A stretch of 64,000 bases of DNA. Origin: an uncultured Acidobacteriota bacterium. GTDB lineage: Bacteria > Acidobacteriota > UBA6911. Numbering within the stretch: the first letter of the stretch is position 1; the number at the start of each line of letters is the position of its first letter. The position numbers and the translations under genes are program-made. Below, piece after piece: positions 9,819 to 21,173 of this stretch. Where the stretch lies: NCBI GenBank assembly GCA_963827655.1, contig CAWHCF010000013.1, forward strand, positions 1-64,000. Reading direction: 5' to 3'. The notes below the pieces were generated by a model. It searched no databases and was not told the origin of the DNA. It saw nothing but the letters and a program-made list of their open reading frames with translations.

Positions 9819-11009
9819 TCAATCCACGTGGATGATGTTTTTTTCGGACGGAGTAAGTATTTCCGATCCGTCCTGGGTAATGAGGTAGGTGTCTTCGATT
9901 CCCACACCCCCGCGTTCGGGGAAGAAGATCTTCGGTTCGACTGCGATGGTCATGCCGGCCTCGAGCGGCAGATCGAAGCCGGGTGCCAGGACCGGCCAGT
10001 CGTTGAGCTCCAGCCCCACTCCGTGGCCGACAAAACGAACCTGACTGTCTCCGATTCCCATGAAATTCGGAGCATAGGGAGAGTCGCCGATGCGGTCGAG
10101 GGCGCAGCGGTAAATTGCAGAGCACGAGACGCCGGGGCGGAGCATGGATCTCAGCTCACCCATCATCTCGAGAATGAACTCATGGGCGTCACGCATGTCG
10201 CGGGGCAGTTCCCCAAGGACGTAGGTCCGCGTCTTGTCCGCGATATATCCTCCATAACCGCCCACGATGTCGGCCATCACCGGGTCTCCCTCGGCAAGCT
10301 TGCGCATTCCACCTCCATTGGGAATCCCCGGGTAGAGACCGACAAAGCCTACCGGGCCTGGAAAGCAAGTTGGATAACTGGCGCTGGGCCCGCTCGACAC
10401 GGTTCCATACGCAATCTCGTAGTTCAGGCCACGCATGCGCGTGATTCCTTGATGTCCCTGTTGCCGTAAGAAACCCTCGAGGCGGCTTTGCAATTCGAGC
10501 TCAGTCGCGCCAGGCCCCATCCAGCCAGGTACTTCGTTAAAGGCGCGCTCGAGCATCAGCGCGGCCCGCCGGATCTCGCCGACCTCGTACTCCGATTTGA
10601 CCATGCGAATCTTGCGAATCGCATCCGAGGCGTCGACGAATTCAGCTTTCGGGAAAAGCGATTGGAATCGCAAGTAGTAGCTTGCGGGAAGAACGTCCAT
10701 TTCAAGCCCAATCCTTTTGAGGGCGCCCAATCCTTCACCCGACAGTATGTCGGGAGCCTTCTTGAGGCCGGGCAGAGACACGAGTCGCTCCAATGGCGAC
10801 TCGAGGCGGCCGCGGGTCAAGCTTTTCTGGATAAGGAAAACAGGCTCTCCGGATATCGGCAGGCAAAGAAGCCCGACTTGTACGGTTCCGGAAAAATAAA
10901 ACAAGTCGGCGTTCTGAAGCACGAAAACAGCATCCACAGGGCCTTGCTGCATCCAGGCCTGAATCCGACGCAGGCGATCGGCTGCTTCCGATTTCGGTAA
11001 AAGGTTCAA
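9819..11009 (-). CDS. Xaa-Pro peptidase (M24B) with creatinase-type N-domain
   Basis: RMVKSEYE, D..GGY.ADKTRT, GHGVGLEL, EPK, GIED; true start probably TTG near 11009 rather than 11240. Confidence 0.88.
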   Translation of the reverse strand: MNLLPKSEAADRLRRIQAWMQQGPVDAVFVLQNADLFYFSGTVQVGLLCLPISGEPVFLIQKSLTRGRLESPLERLVSLPGLKKAPDILSGEGLGALKRIGLEMDVLPASYYLRFQSLFPKAEFVDASDAIRKIRMVKSEYEVGEIRRAALMLERAFNEVPGWMGPGATELELQSRLEGFLRQQGHQGITRMRGLNYEIAYGTVSSGPSASYPTCFPGPVGFVGLYPGIPNGGGMRKLAEGDPVMADIVGGYGGYIADKTRTYVLGELPRDMRDAHEFILEMMGELRSMLRPGVSCSAIYRCALDRIGDSPYAPNFMGIGDSQVRFVGHGVGLELNDWPVLAPGFDLPLEAGMTIAVEPKIFFPERGGVGIEDTYLITQDGSEILTPSEKNIIHVD

Positions 11010-11133
11010 GAAAGCCACCGCTAAGAGACGAGGACGTAAGGTTCGTTCGGGGACTTCGCCCCGAACGAAGGCCCTGAACGACAACATGTTGGTTCGAACT
11101 TTCGCTAATCCCGACCAAGAAAAGCTAAGAAAA

Positions 11134-13468
11134 TCAGCGTGTCCACAAGCCAAGAGGCCGGCCGGTGTGCCCGAAGAAGCGAAGCATCCCCGACGAAGAC
11201 TGACCCGCTGCGCCGCTGAACAAGACGAACTGAGTCGCATAGCCCGCGCCGTCGGCGAGGTGTGGAAAGAGCATCTCCACGCTCGACGCCGGGCTGGATT
11301 CGCTGACGGGCGGGGTCGCGGAGATCAAAAACTCGCCGCGCTCGTTGGTGCGGCCGCGGAGGCCGGTTACTGAGATTCCTGCCTGTGACGAGGTCGAAAT
11401 CCGAAGCACGCCCTCGAAAGGCGACGGGAGATTCGCGAATCCTGGAATCTGGTTCAGCAACATCGCGATCTGACCGAGCCCAGGGATCGTCGCAGACCCG
11501 GCTAGACCTGTCGCTGCGCCAGCGAGTGTCATCAGCTCGAAGTTCACGTTTGCAGATCCCGATGAAAGGTTCGCGACCGCAAGACCGGCGTGCAGGCTGC
11601 TAGATTCTTCGACGTACAGGCGGAACGCGGAGGCCGCCGGCACTGCGGGCACGCCCGCTTCCGAGACGGTAACGCCGCCAGGCTTGAACGAGAGGATGAG
11701 TAACCCCGAGGGGGTCGTGCTGTCGCCGAGACGGAATCACCCGGACCGATCCGACCCGGGCCGTGCCTCCCGACCCCGAGAAAGCCAGGCGCCTGGAGCT
11801 TCGCGGAGGAAGCACGTAGTCGAGGCTCTCCTCCGCTTCTCCCATCTGGGCGAAGGACTTAACCACGCCAGCCGCGGCTTCGTCCTTCAAGTTGACGAGC
11901 ACGACCTCGGTTGCCCAGCCCGCCCCTACAGCAAAGTGCGGAAAGACCAGCATCTCGGCCCCGGGCGCCGAAAGGTCGGCCAACGGAAGTGTAGTCATGA
12001 GCAATTCGGAGCGTTCGGTTTGAAGCGCGCGTAATGCAATCGCCGAGAGAGGCGCGCTCGAACTGAACGTGAAGGTCCCGCTGACCGAATTCCCTCCGTT
12101 GAAGGGGACAGTGTCGAGAAAGCCCGCGATCTGTTCACCGGCCGGTATCTCAGTAGTACCCCCGCCGAAATCGCGGCCATTGATATCGGTGAAATGGAAT
12201 GAGAGTTGCGCCGGCTCACGGTTCGGATTCGCGATGGCCAGCCCCGTTTTGACCGGCCCGTTCACCTCGGCATAGATGCGTCCACCGCGTAGAACCGAGG
12301 AAGCCGGGACTGATGCCTCGCTGACGAGAACATCGTTCTGGCGAAGACTGAAGACGGCGAACCCTGCCGGTGTGGTGCTCGCAGCCGCCGGTTGGATCCG
12401 GGCATAGCCGGTGAGGACCGACCCGTAGCCGCCTGGGCTCATCCAGGATGAGCCTCCGCGGTCTTCAATAGTGAATCTGCGCTGGTTCGACACGTAGGCG
12501 ATCCCCACCTTGTTGACACCGCTACAGGCGATGTAGAGATTACGTTCCGGCGTGGCCACCATGTGGCGCACGACGCCGCCCCCGGAGGGAACGGGCCAGC
12601 TCTCGAAAGCCTTTGTCTTGGGGTCAAAGCGCACCAGCCGATTGGGCTGTACTCCTGTCTCGCAGTACCAGATGAAGCCGTCCGAAGTCGCCGCAATGGC
12701 GTAAGGCGCCGCTTGCCGTCCCGACGGGGAGAGCCACTCCTCTACAGCGCCGGTCTTTGGATCCAGCCGGCCCAGGTACCCGCTGTCGCTTGCGTAGTAC
12801 ACCAGGTCGTCGGGAGAGATGGCGATCCGGCGAGGCCGAGCGGCGGCAGGAAGCACGTACTCGGTAATCTCGAAAATGTCGGGGTTGATGCGCCCGATTC
12901 TGTTGGTGCCGTTTTCGCAGTAGAAAAGCATGCCCTCGGAGTTGATCGCGATGCCGTACGGCCTGGAGTTCGGCGTCGGAGATTGCTTCAGGGTGACCTC
13001 GCCAGTCGTGGGGTCGAGCCGGCCAAGGAAGTTTCCGTTCTGGACCGTAAACCAGAGGATCCCCTTCCGGTCGAAGATGGGGGTGTGCGGGTCTCGTGCC
13101 TGCTGATTGGGCATCCCATACTCGGCGATCTCTCCCGTTGCCGTGTTTAGCTTCCCAATGTGGGCCGCCGCATTCCCCGTGTACCAGATGTTACCGTCCC
13201 GGTCGGCGACCAGACCGTGCGGACCTGAGTTCGGAATCTTGAGCGTGTATTCTCGGATCTCCCCGGTACGGGGATCGAGGCGCCCCAGCCGGTTTGCCAC
13301 CTGTCCGGTGTACCAGAGCGCGCCGTCAGGGGCGAATGCCGGGTCATGCGGGCGGGAGTTCGGCGTCGGGACATCCCATTCAAGGATGACGACGTCATCG
13401 GGCTCTACGGCAGCCGTGAGGCCGGCAGAGATTAGAAAAAGGATACAGACTCGAGACCAGTAACGCAT
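11134..13468 (-). CDS. Secreted Vgb (virginiamycin B lyase)-like beta-propeller fused to a duplicated C-terminal beta-rich domain; frameshift near 11715
   Basis: Signal peptide; repeated PHD/PHG/PHT/PYG...WY(F) blades; ORFs 11600..13468 and 11134..11652 are homologous continuations. Confidence 0.8.
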
Positions 13469-13685
13469 CCATCCATTCTATCTCCAAGCCGTCGTGAGAG
13501 ATTGTTCTTTTTGCTGGGTTGTGAAAAGATTCTTAGCGTTTCTTCGTGTCTTTGCGTCTTGGTGGTGGTTTTTGTTCGACCATACTAACCACGAAGACGC
13601 GAAGAACACGAAGCAACAGGAACTGATACCTCGCGCTTTCCGGGCGGTCTGACGAATCCAATGCGGATGGGAAGCCACCATGATC

Positions 13686-14141
13686 CTACTCTCCGTAGGG
13701 TTCCGGAGGCTTGATGCCCATCAATCGAAGATAGACGGTGAGCTGGCCGCGGTGGTGGATCTCGTGCTCCGCGACTCCCTGAACGATGGTTGAGATCTTC
13801 TGCTCAACTCCGAAGGGTTTGACGCGAAGCTCGAAAGCTTCGTCGGGGAACGATCTCAGTTTTTCCTTTGCGGTTTTGTACAGCGCGTCGAAATTGGAAA
13901 CCAGGTCGTTCGTCGTAAGGTGCTCGCCGTTGGTTTTGAAGGCCTCGAGGCTCCAGTTGTTTTCTGCCATTCCTGCCAGAAGGAAGCTGTAGTTTCCCAT
14001 CAAATGCAAGGCCAGCTCGCGCGCGCTCCTCATGTCAGGTGTCGGACGAAAATCGAGCTTCTCGGAGGGTACTGCGGCGATCATCTTGCGGGTTCCCTGA
14101 AACCGGTTCTCCATTACTTTCAAAAATGTAGTAGTCTTCAT
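13686..14141 (-). CDS. DinB family protein
   Basis: LDFRPTPDMRS..ELALH and HEIHHRGQLTVYLRLMGIKPP. Confidence 0.92.
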   Translation of the reverse strand: MKTTTFLKVMENRFQGTRKMIAAVPSEKLDFRPTPDMRSARELALHLMGNYSFLLAGMAENNWSLEAFKTNGEHLTTNDLVSNFDALYKTAKEKLRSFPDEAFELRVKPFGVEQKISTIVQGVAEHEIHHRGQLTVYLRLMGIKPPEPYGE

Positions 14142-14505
14142 AGTTCACACGTTGTTACCGAATCGATCTTAAACACCGAATTAAAGCGGGGGTCCCACAT
14201 TCGGTAAGATTTCGCCTACCTTATGACACGCCTGGTTACTGGTCAACAGGTAATAGTGTCTGACTTGAGATTCAGATAATACTCGTGGTCGAGAACGAAG
14301 ATGCCAGACACAAAGGCCTGGTCTCGAGGGACTGGCATTAACCAAGCCCTGGGAAGATCGATCTTGAGCACTGCGCGTCAACGTGGAGCTGCTGCTGCAC
14401 GTGCGAATCGGCTATTTCCGGTTGTTCGAAAATCCGGATCTCACGTGTGAAAGATTCTGAGATCGCATAAGGGGTATAATAGGCTTAATTTCGAGGGGCA
14501 TAACT

Positions 14506-16093
14506 ATGGGCGAAGACGCGACGTTTCCTATACTGGAGACTTATCATTTCACTCCTGCGGTCATCACGGGACGGTACACTCTGGAGGAGAAGGCGATTCT
14601 GTTGGCTGCGAACGATAATGTAGCCGTGGCCCGCCAGGATCTTGCAAGAGGCCTCGACCTCGTGCACCGCGGTAACGAGATTCGCCTCAAAGACAGCATT
14701 CCAACCGGCCACAAATTTGCGCTGCGCGAAATTTCGCAAGGGTCTTACATCTACAAGTATGCGCAGATTATCGGAAAGGCGCCCTATCCGATCCAGCCGG
14801 GAGAGTGGGTGCACACCCACAACCTCGAGCTCGCCCACGATCTGGATGATCATGAGTATGCCGTCGATCGTCCTCAAGCTCCCGAGCTACCCGCAGATCT
14901 CCCTAGAACATTTCACGGTTATCGACGGCAGGACGGTCGCGTCGGAACTCGGAACTATGTAGCCGTGGTCGCAACCAGCAACTGCTCCAGTCACGTCTGT
15001 GAAGGCATCGCCGAGGAGTTCAAGGGGTTCAGCACAGAAAACGTCGACGGCGTCGTCGCGCTCCCGCACCAGGAGGGATGTGGCCATCACGACGGCCCCG
15101 ATCTCCAACAGCTGGAACGAACGCTGAAGGGCATGATTCTGAATCCCAATGTGGCTGGGGTTGTCGTGGTGGGGTTGGGCTGCGAAATGAACAGCATTAC
15201 CCGCTATTCAGGCACGGGCCCGGATCTGCGCGCAATAAAGCCGTTGACCGGCCTCGAGATTCAAACGGTAGGCGGAACCCTCAAGACCATCGCGAGCGGC
15301 GCCAAAGCCGTACGCGAACTCATGGAGATCGTTCGAACGTTCGAACGCACTGAGCAATCCGTGGAGCATATTCTCGTCGGGCTGAACTGCGGCGGATCGG
15401 ATGCTTTTTCTGGAATCTCCGCAAATCCCGCCCTCGGTTATGCCAGTGACCTCCTTATTGCGAGCGGGAGGTGCCGTGGTTCTTGCGGAAACGCCGGAGA
15501 TCTTCGGGGCCGAGCAGGTTCTGACCCGGAGGGCCGTCGACGTCGAGACCGGAAGGAGATTGGTGCACATCATAAAGAGATTTCAGGAATATGCGGGACG
15601 GTTCGGCGCCACCATGGACAGCAATCCAGCTCCGGGAAACAAGCGGGGCGGGATTTCCAATATCGTAGAGAAATCGCTCGGCGCCGTCATGAAAGGCGGG
15701 ACCACCATGCTATCGGATGTCGTGAACTATGCCGATCAGGTGACCCGCAAGGGACTCATTGTAATGGACACTCCTGGATACGATCCCGTTTCTATCACCG
15801 GAATCGCCGCCGGCGGTTGCAACGTCATCTGCTTTACCACCGGCCGCGGCTCTGCGATCGGTTTTCCTACCGTTCCAGTGGTGAAGATCGCGACCAATAG
15901 CCGGATCTTCCACGTGATGAACGACAACATGGATGTCAATGCCGGCGAGGTCGTGGACGGAAAGTCGACCATTCAGGAGAAGGGAACCGAAATCTACCGG
16001 CACATCGTCCGGGTTGCGTCGGGAGAGCGCACCAAGAGTGAGCGGCTGGGTCACAAAGAATTTGCGCCGTGGCGGATCGGACCGGTCATGTAG
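14506..16093 (+). CDS. uxaA: Altronate/galactarate dehydratase (UxaA/GarD family, SAF domain), frameshift near 15467
   Basis: [65 protein letters not shown]; an extra G in a GGG run joins the two ORFs. Confidence 0.88.
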
Positions 16094-16211
16094 GTTTCCG
16101 AAAGCAGACCGCACCGCCACGACTCGAAGACGCAACGCGGGTTGACAACGGCCAGGTTTCCCGCAGAAAAGTCAGTCTGTGGCCCGGCGTTACAGACGAG
16201 CCTGCTGTCTG

Positions 16212-16877
16212 CTAAGACGCAAGGGCTCGAAGGTTCTTGCGCGCCGCGCGTATCTTCTCGATGAATTCCCTGGCCGTATCGGTGACGGCGTTCCTGCCGC
16301 CGCTCTTGAGGGCTCGTGTCAGCGCGCTTCCCGCGGCGACAGCGACCGCTCCGGCATTGATCCATTCCGAGACATTCTGGAGGGTGACGCCGCCGGTGGG
16401 AAGCAGGTTCGCCTGCGGCAGCGGACCGCGGATGGCCTGGATGGCGGACGGACCAAAGAGTTCGCCGGGAAAGAGCTTGACGATATCGGCGCCGCATTCC
16501 ATCGCCCGGCAAACTTCCTCGACCGTCATGGCGCCAGGGATGCAGGGGATTTGATAGCGATTGCACAGCCGCACCGTAGCCTCGTTCAGCGAAGGCGAGA
16601 CGATATATTGCGCTCCTGCGAGAATCGCAATGCGGGCGGTCTCGGGATCGAGCACCGTGCCTGCGCCAAGGACAAACTCCTGATCGGGAAACTGGCGGGC
16701 CAGTTGCCGGATCGCCCCTTCCGCGTCCGGCACGGTGAAGGTGATCTCGATGGCTCCGACTCCGGCCTCGTGGCAGGCCCGGGCGACTTCTATCGACTCC
16801 TCGACGGTTTCGGTGCGAATCGCGGCAACCAATCCCGAGTCGACTATGCTCTGCAGGGTTCTCAGCTTCTTCAGCAT
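16212..16877 (-). CDS. eda: KDPG/KHG aldolase
   Basis: IEITFTVP, GAGTVLD, IVSP, PGAMT..E, VKLFPG, PTGGV. Confidence 0.92.
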   Translation of the reverse strand: MLKKLRTLQSIVDSGLVAAIRTETVEESIEVARACHEAGVGAIEITFTVPDAEGAIRQLARQFPDQEFVLGAGTVLDPETARIAILAGAQYIVSPSLNEATVRLCNRYQIPCIPGAMTVEEVCRAMECGADIVKLFPGELFGPSAIQAIRGPLPQANLLPTGGVTLQNVSEWINAGAVAVAAGSALTRALKSGGRNAVTDTAREFIEKIRAARKNLRALAS

Positions 16878-16929
16878 TTTTGACCCAAGCCACGAGGGAT
16901 CAATGATGCGTGATCGTCACAATCGCGCG

Positions 16930-17970
16930 TCACTCATCACCGCCCAGTGTTACAGGTTGCCCGTTTTGCGCGGAACGGTAGATCGCCATTACCAACTCGA
17001 GTGACTGCCGGCCCTCGCGACCGTCGACAACGGGCGCGCGGTTCTCCCGTATGGCCCGGGCAAAATCTTCGAGGACTCGACGATGTCCCTCGCAATCGAT
17101 CGCCATGGGATTGGCCGAGCCATCGGATACTTCAGCCGTTGCAGGAAGCGGATTCGGCGAGCCGTCACGCAGAGCCCAGGTGGTTATGTTGTCTCCGTCG
17201 AGAACGGCGGTCCCTTCGGTGCCGGTAATCTCGAGCCGCCGCTTGAATCCCGGATAGACAGAGGTGCCCGCTTCGATCACGCCGAGTGCGCCATTCTGGA
17301 ATCGAAGCGCGGCAGTTACCGTATCCTCGCCTTCAATGTTGTGATGGAGGAGACGGCCTGTGTAGGCTGAAAGCTGGGCAACAGGACCGGCGATCCAGCG
17401 CAGCAGGTCCACCGTGTGAATGGCCTGGTTTATCAGCGCCCCTCCTCCATCCAGAGCCAGGGTTCCCCTCCAGGCGGCCGACCGGTAATAGTCGTCGCTC
17501 CTGTACCACTTGACGTAAGCGCTGGCCATCGTGAGCTTGCCTAGCCGGCCAGACTCGACCGCTTCTTTCAGCATCCGAGGCGCGTCCAGGTGCCTGGACT
17601 GCAGGGAGACGGCCAGGCGCACTCGCGCGCGGTCGCAGGCTGCGATAAGCGCGTCCGCTTTTTCCAGCGTGACATCGATCGGCTTTTCAACCGCCACGTG
17701 CTTGCCCATCGAGGCGGCGGCTGAGCCCAGCGCGGCGTGGGTACCGCTCGGCGTGCAGATAGTGACCGAGTCGAGCGCCGGGTCTTTGAGAAAGGCCTCG
17801 AGATCCGTGTGCGCGGTGACGCCATGCGCTGCCGCCAGACGCGCGGCGGAGGCGCGCGAGCTCGAGCAAACTGAAATCAGTTTCAGTCCCGGAATGAGGG
17901 CGATAGCCGCGGCATGGACCTTCGCCACACTTCCGCACCCCAGAATTCCGATTCCAATCGTCTTATTCAT
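16930..17970 (-). CDS. Gfo/Idh/MocA family oxidoreductase
   Basis: GILGCG, CTPSGTH, VEKP, WRGT..LDGGGALINQAIH. Confidence 0.92.
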   Translation of the reverse strand: MNKTIGIGILGCGSVAKVHAAAIALIPGLKLISVCSSSRASAARLAAAHGVTAHTDLEAFLKDPALDSVTICTPSGTHAALGSAAASMGKHVAVEKPIDVTLEKADALIAACDRARVRLAVSLQSRHLDAPRMLKEAVESGRLGKLTMASAYVKWYRSDDYYRSAAWRGTLALDGGGALINQAIHTVDLLRWIAGPVAQLSAYTGRLLHHNIEGEDTVTAALRFQNGALGVIEAGTSVYPGFKRRLEITGTEGTAVLDGDNITTWALRDGSPNPLPATAEVSDGSANPMAIDCEGHRRVLEDFARAIRENRAPVVDGREGRQSLELVMAIYRSAQNGQPVTLGGDE

Positions 17971-18139
17971 ATTTGCGCAAGGATCTTCTTTATATCACCG
18001 CCTCATTTCTTCACCAAGCCTCACGTTTCCTGGTTCTGCATGAACCGTAGGTTCTCCGGGTCTTGACGGCGGCTTTTGTTTTTTGCGTACTCAAAAGAGA
18101 CCAAGGTACAGATTATAATGGCGCAGGAGGGCGCACAAC

Positions 18140-18346
18140 ATGAGCGGGACATACAAGGTTGTCGAAATCGTGGGGACTTCTCCGACCAGCTTTGCCGAAG
18201 CCGTCCGGTCGGCGGTCGAGGAAGCCTCGAAGACTCTTCGTCACGTGGATTGGTTTGAGGTCGTCGAACAGCGCGGCCGGATTGTCGAAGGGAAGGTGCA
18301 GGAATTCCAGGTCAGTATGAAGGTCGGCTTCAAGATCGAACGTTAA
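18140..18346 (+). CDS. Dodecin (flavin-binding)
   Basis: YKVVEIVGTS..S, A...ASKTLR...WFEV, FQVSMKVGF. Confidence 0.93.
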   Translation: MSGTYKVVEIVGTSPTSFAEAVRSAVEEASKTLRHVDWFEVVEQRGRIVEGKVQEFQVSMKVGFKIER

Positions 18347-18367
18347 AGAGGTCAGGGAGGATCAACA

Positions 18368-18727
18368 ATGATAGACGTTGATAAGTACCTGCACGCTACG
18401 ATTCTCGTACGCGACCTTGAACGGACACGCAAGTTTTACACGACCGTCCTCGGACTCAGAGAGATCGAGCGCCCTCGATTCAGTTTCAACGGAACGTGGT
18501 TTGCCGTTGGCGATCAGGAACTGCACATAGTGGTGAAGGGCGATCTTTTGGGAGATCCAGCGTTCTCCGACGATCGTCATATCGCCCTGGGCGTCAGGGA
18601 TTTTGATGCCGTTCCCGCCAAGCTTTCGGCTCAGGGTATCCCCTTCCGTCTCGGTAATCATCCGGCGCGTCGTCAGATTTTTTTCCGCGATCCCGACGGA
18701 AATCTCATCGAACTGCAACCCTGTTAG
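18368..18727 (+). CDS. VOC/glyoxalase family protein
   Basis: HATILVRDLER...FY..VLGL, HIAL, FFRDPDGNLIEL. Confidence 0.9.
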   Translation: MIDVDKYLHATILVRDLERTRKFYTTVLGLREIERPRFSFNGTWFAVGDQELHIVVKGDLLGDPAFSDDRHIALGVRDFDAVPAKLSAQGIPFRLGNHPARRQIFFRDPDGNLIELQPC

Positions 18728-18873
18728 GCGGTGACAGGCTACGCTCGTCCCAGTTTCAGCGCGGCACGCTTAGTAGTTGACTAAACCGGATGCGTACGCC
18801 CGTCGCCGGAGTCCTTCAGTGCGGCAATGAAACTGGGAAAAGGGTAGCCTGTCACTAATTTTAAAGGATAGGC

Positions 18874-20280
18874 ATGGATGGCGATGCCAAGGCTGCTGTA
18901 ACGGAGGTTGCGGGCACTCAGCTCGTTCGCGGCCTGAAGCTTTTCGATGCCACGGCTATTATCGTCGGCAGCATGATTGGTTCCGGCATATTCATTGTGT
19001 CGGCGGATATGGCTCGCCAGCTCGGATCGTCCGGTTTGCTGCTGGCGGCGTGGGGTATCACCGCGGTGATGACGGTTCTCGGCGCCCTGAGCTACGGTGA
19101 ACTCGCCGCTGCAATGCCCAGGGCAGGCGGGCAGTACGTCTTTCTCCGGGAAGCCTACGGCCCCCTGTTCGGCTTTCTCTACGGATGGACTCTTTTTCTG
19201 GTGATCCAGACCGGAACTATCGCAGCGGTCGCCGTCGGGTTTGCCAAATTCTTTGGCCTTTTTGCGCCCTGGGTATCGGCCTCGAACGTGCTGGTTCCGC
19301 TTCCGCTCGGTTATCGTGTCTCGAGCCAGCATCTCATAGCCATCCTGGTGATCTCCCTTCTCACCTGGGTCAATTGCAAAGGACTGCGTGAAGGAGCCAC
19401 GGTTCAGAATGTTTTTACCGTGGCGAAAGTGGGCGGGCTGCTCACACTGGTGGTCATGGGCTTGATTCTTCCCGCCAACCCGGCCGCGGTTCAGGCTAAC
19501 TTTCAGCGGCTGATTCCTGACAGCTTCGGCTTGGGATTGCTGTCCATAATGGGAGCGGCTCTGGTAGGGTCTCTCTTCGCGGCCGACGCCTGGAACAATG
19601 TGACGTTCACCGGAAGCGAGGTCGTCAATCCAAAGCGGAATCTCCCGCTTTCACTCTTTCTCGGAACCGCCGCCGTCTCACTCATCTACTTTGCTGCCAA
19701 TGTGGTTTACCTGAGGACACTCCCCCTGGAGGCGATCGCTTCGGCGCCTGAAGACCGCGTGGGAACTCTTGCGGCCCAGAGTTTGATGGGTTCTGGAGGC
19801 TTGACCTTCATCAATGTGGCAATCCTGATCTCGACCTTCGGTTGCACCAACGGCCTGATCCTGGCGGGAGCAAGGGTCTACTACGCGATGGCGCGGGATG
19901 GACTCTTTTTCAAAAGAGTGGGCGAGGTTTCTCCCCGCTCGCATACACCCGTCTTTTCGCTGATCGTCCAGGCGGTGTGGGCCTGTCTGCTGGTGTTAAG
20001 CGGGACTTACAACAATCTGCTCGATTATGTCATCTTCGCGGCGCTGCTGTTCTACGTTCTTACGGTAACGGGCCTGTTCATCCTTCGCAAGAAACGTCCC
20101 GAGATGGAACGGCCCTACAAGGCGTTCGGTTATCCGGTGCTTCCGGCCGTCTATGTTCTACTGGCTGCGCTCGTGATGGTGGACTTGCTGGTGGTAAAGC
20201 CACGGTTCACCTGGCCTGGCCTGATGATTGTCGTGACAGGTGTTCCCGTCTTCTTCTTGTGGAAGAAAACCAGGACTTAG
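18874..20280 (+). CDS. APC family amino acid permease
   Basis: GSMIGSGIF, ELAAAMPRAGGQY, E.VNPKRNLP, ARVYYAMARDG; about 12 TM helices. Confidence 0.93.
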   Translation: MDGDAKAAVTEVAGTQLVRGLKLFDATAIIVGSMIGSGIFIVSADMARQLGSSGLLLAAWGITAVMTVLGALSYGELAAAMPRAGGQYVFLREAYGPLFGFLYGWTLFLVIQTGTIAAVAVGFAKFFGLFAPWVSASNVLVPLPLGYRVSSQHLIAILVISLLTWVNCKGLREGATVQNVFTVAKVGGLLTLVVMGLILPANPAAVQANFQRLIPDSFGLGLLSIMGAALVGSLFAADAWNNVTFTGSEVVNPKRNLPLSLFLGTAAVSLIYFAANVVYLRTLPLEAIASAPEDRVGTLAAQSLMGSGGLTFINVAILISTFGCTNGLILAGARVYYAMARDGLFFKRVGEVSPRSHTPVFSLIVQAVWACLLVLSGTYNNLLDYVIFAALLFYVLTVTGLFILRKKRPEMERPYKAFGYPVLPAVYVLLAALVMVDLLVVKPRFTWPGLMIVVTGVPVFFLWKKTRT

Positions 20281-20339
20281 CGTTTCTTTGAGCCTTCGCG
20301 CCCTGGTGATTAGTAGGGCAAACGAACCATGATAAAACC

Positions 20340-21161
20340 ATGCAGCGGCTGAAAGCCAAGGCTTACACACTCTGGTGCTGGACGGGATGCACCCTGAGCA
20401 CGGTTTTCTGGGGGAGCATATCGGTTGGGGCCAGCGTTTTTTCGAGCAACGGTAACTTGCAGCACTTTTGCATGCGCCGCTGGTCGAAGGACAATCTCTG
20501 GCTCAGCCGCGCTCGCATAGAAGTCGAAGGGTTGGAGCATGTCGATCCGTCGCGCCCCCAGCTCTACGCGGCGAATCACAGCGGTCTCCATGATATTCTT
20601 TCGCTTGCCGCCTGCCTGCCGATACAGTTCCGCTGGGTCGCCAAGAAGTCGCTGTTCAATGTGCCGTTCATGGGATGGCACATGAGCCGTTCGGGATATA
20701 TTCCGATCGACCGCGAGCAGCCGCGCGAGGCCGCCAAGAGCATTCTCGCGGCCGCCCTGCTCATCCGGGGGGGCGTCAACGCAGTTTCGTTCCCCGAAGG
20801 GACGAGGAGCCGGACCGGAGAGTTAGGCCCCTTCCGGAGCGGAGCCTTTGCCCTGGCTCTGCGTTCGGGAGTTCCGCTGGTTCCGATTTCGATCGAGGGA
20901 AGCTATCGGGTGATCATGCCCAAGACGCTTCAGGTAAATCCCGGCACCATCATTCGCATCAAGATTGACCGGCCCATCGACACGTCGACGTATCGCCGCA
21001 ACGAGAAGGATCGGCTCATGAAAGAAGTGTTTGACAGAATGAATCGCAACCTTGAAGAGCTTCGCCGGAGGCGACGCTCGGACGAGGAACGAGAGGATCC
21101 GGTCTTTCGCTGGATTTACGGCGGCACGAGTCGCTTTGAATCTTCGCTTCGCGTTTCTTGA
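20340..21161 (+). CDS. plsC: 1-acyl-sn-glycerol-3-phosphate acyltransferase
   Basis: NH.G..D (HX4D), FPEGTRS, GVPLVPI. Confidence 0.88.
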   Translation: MQRLKAKAYTLWCWTGCTLSTVFWGSISVGASVFSSNGNLQHFCMRRWSKDNLWLSRARIEVEGLEHVDPSRPQLYAANHSGLHDILSLAACLPIQFRWVAKKSLFNVPFMGWHMSRSGYIPIDREQPREAAKSILAAALLIRGGVNAVSFPEGTRSRTGELGPFRSGAFALALRSGVPLVPISIEGSYRVIMPKTLQVNPGTIIRIKIDRPIDTSTYRRNEKDRLMKEVFDRMNRNLEELRRRRRSDEEREDPVFRWIYGGTSRFESSLRVS

Positions 21162-21173
21162 AGCTTTCGGTTT

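Noticed and set aside
12480-13468. Bona fide streptogramin B resistance gene vgb
   Set aside because: Only fold-level similarity; it has a signal peptide and a long C-terminal fusion
14150-14500. Possible small gene or ncRNA between dinB and uxaA
   Set aside because: No convincing ORF, RBS or structure; only a TATAAT at 14475
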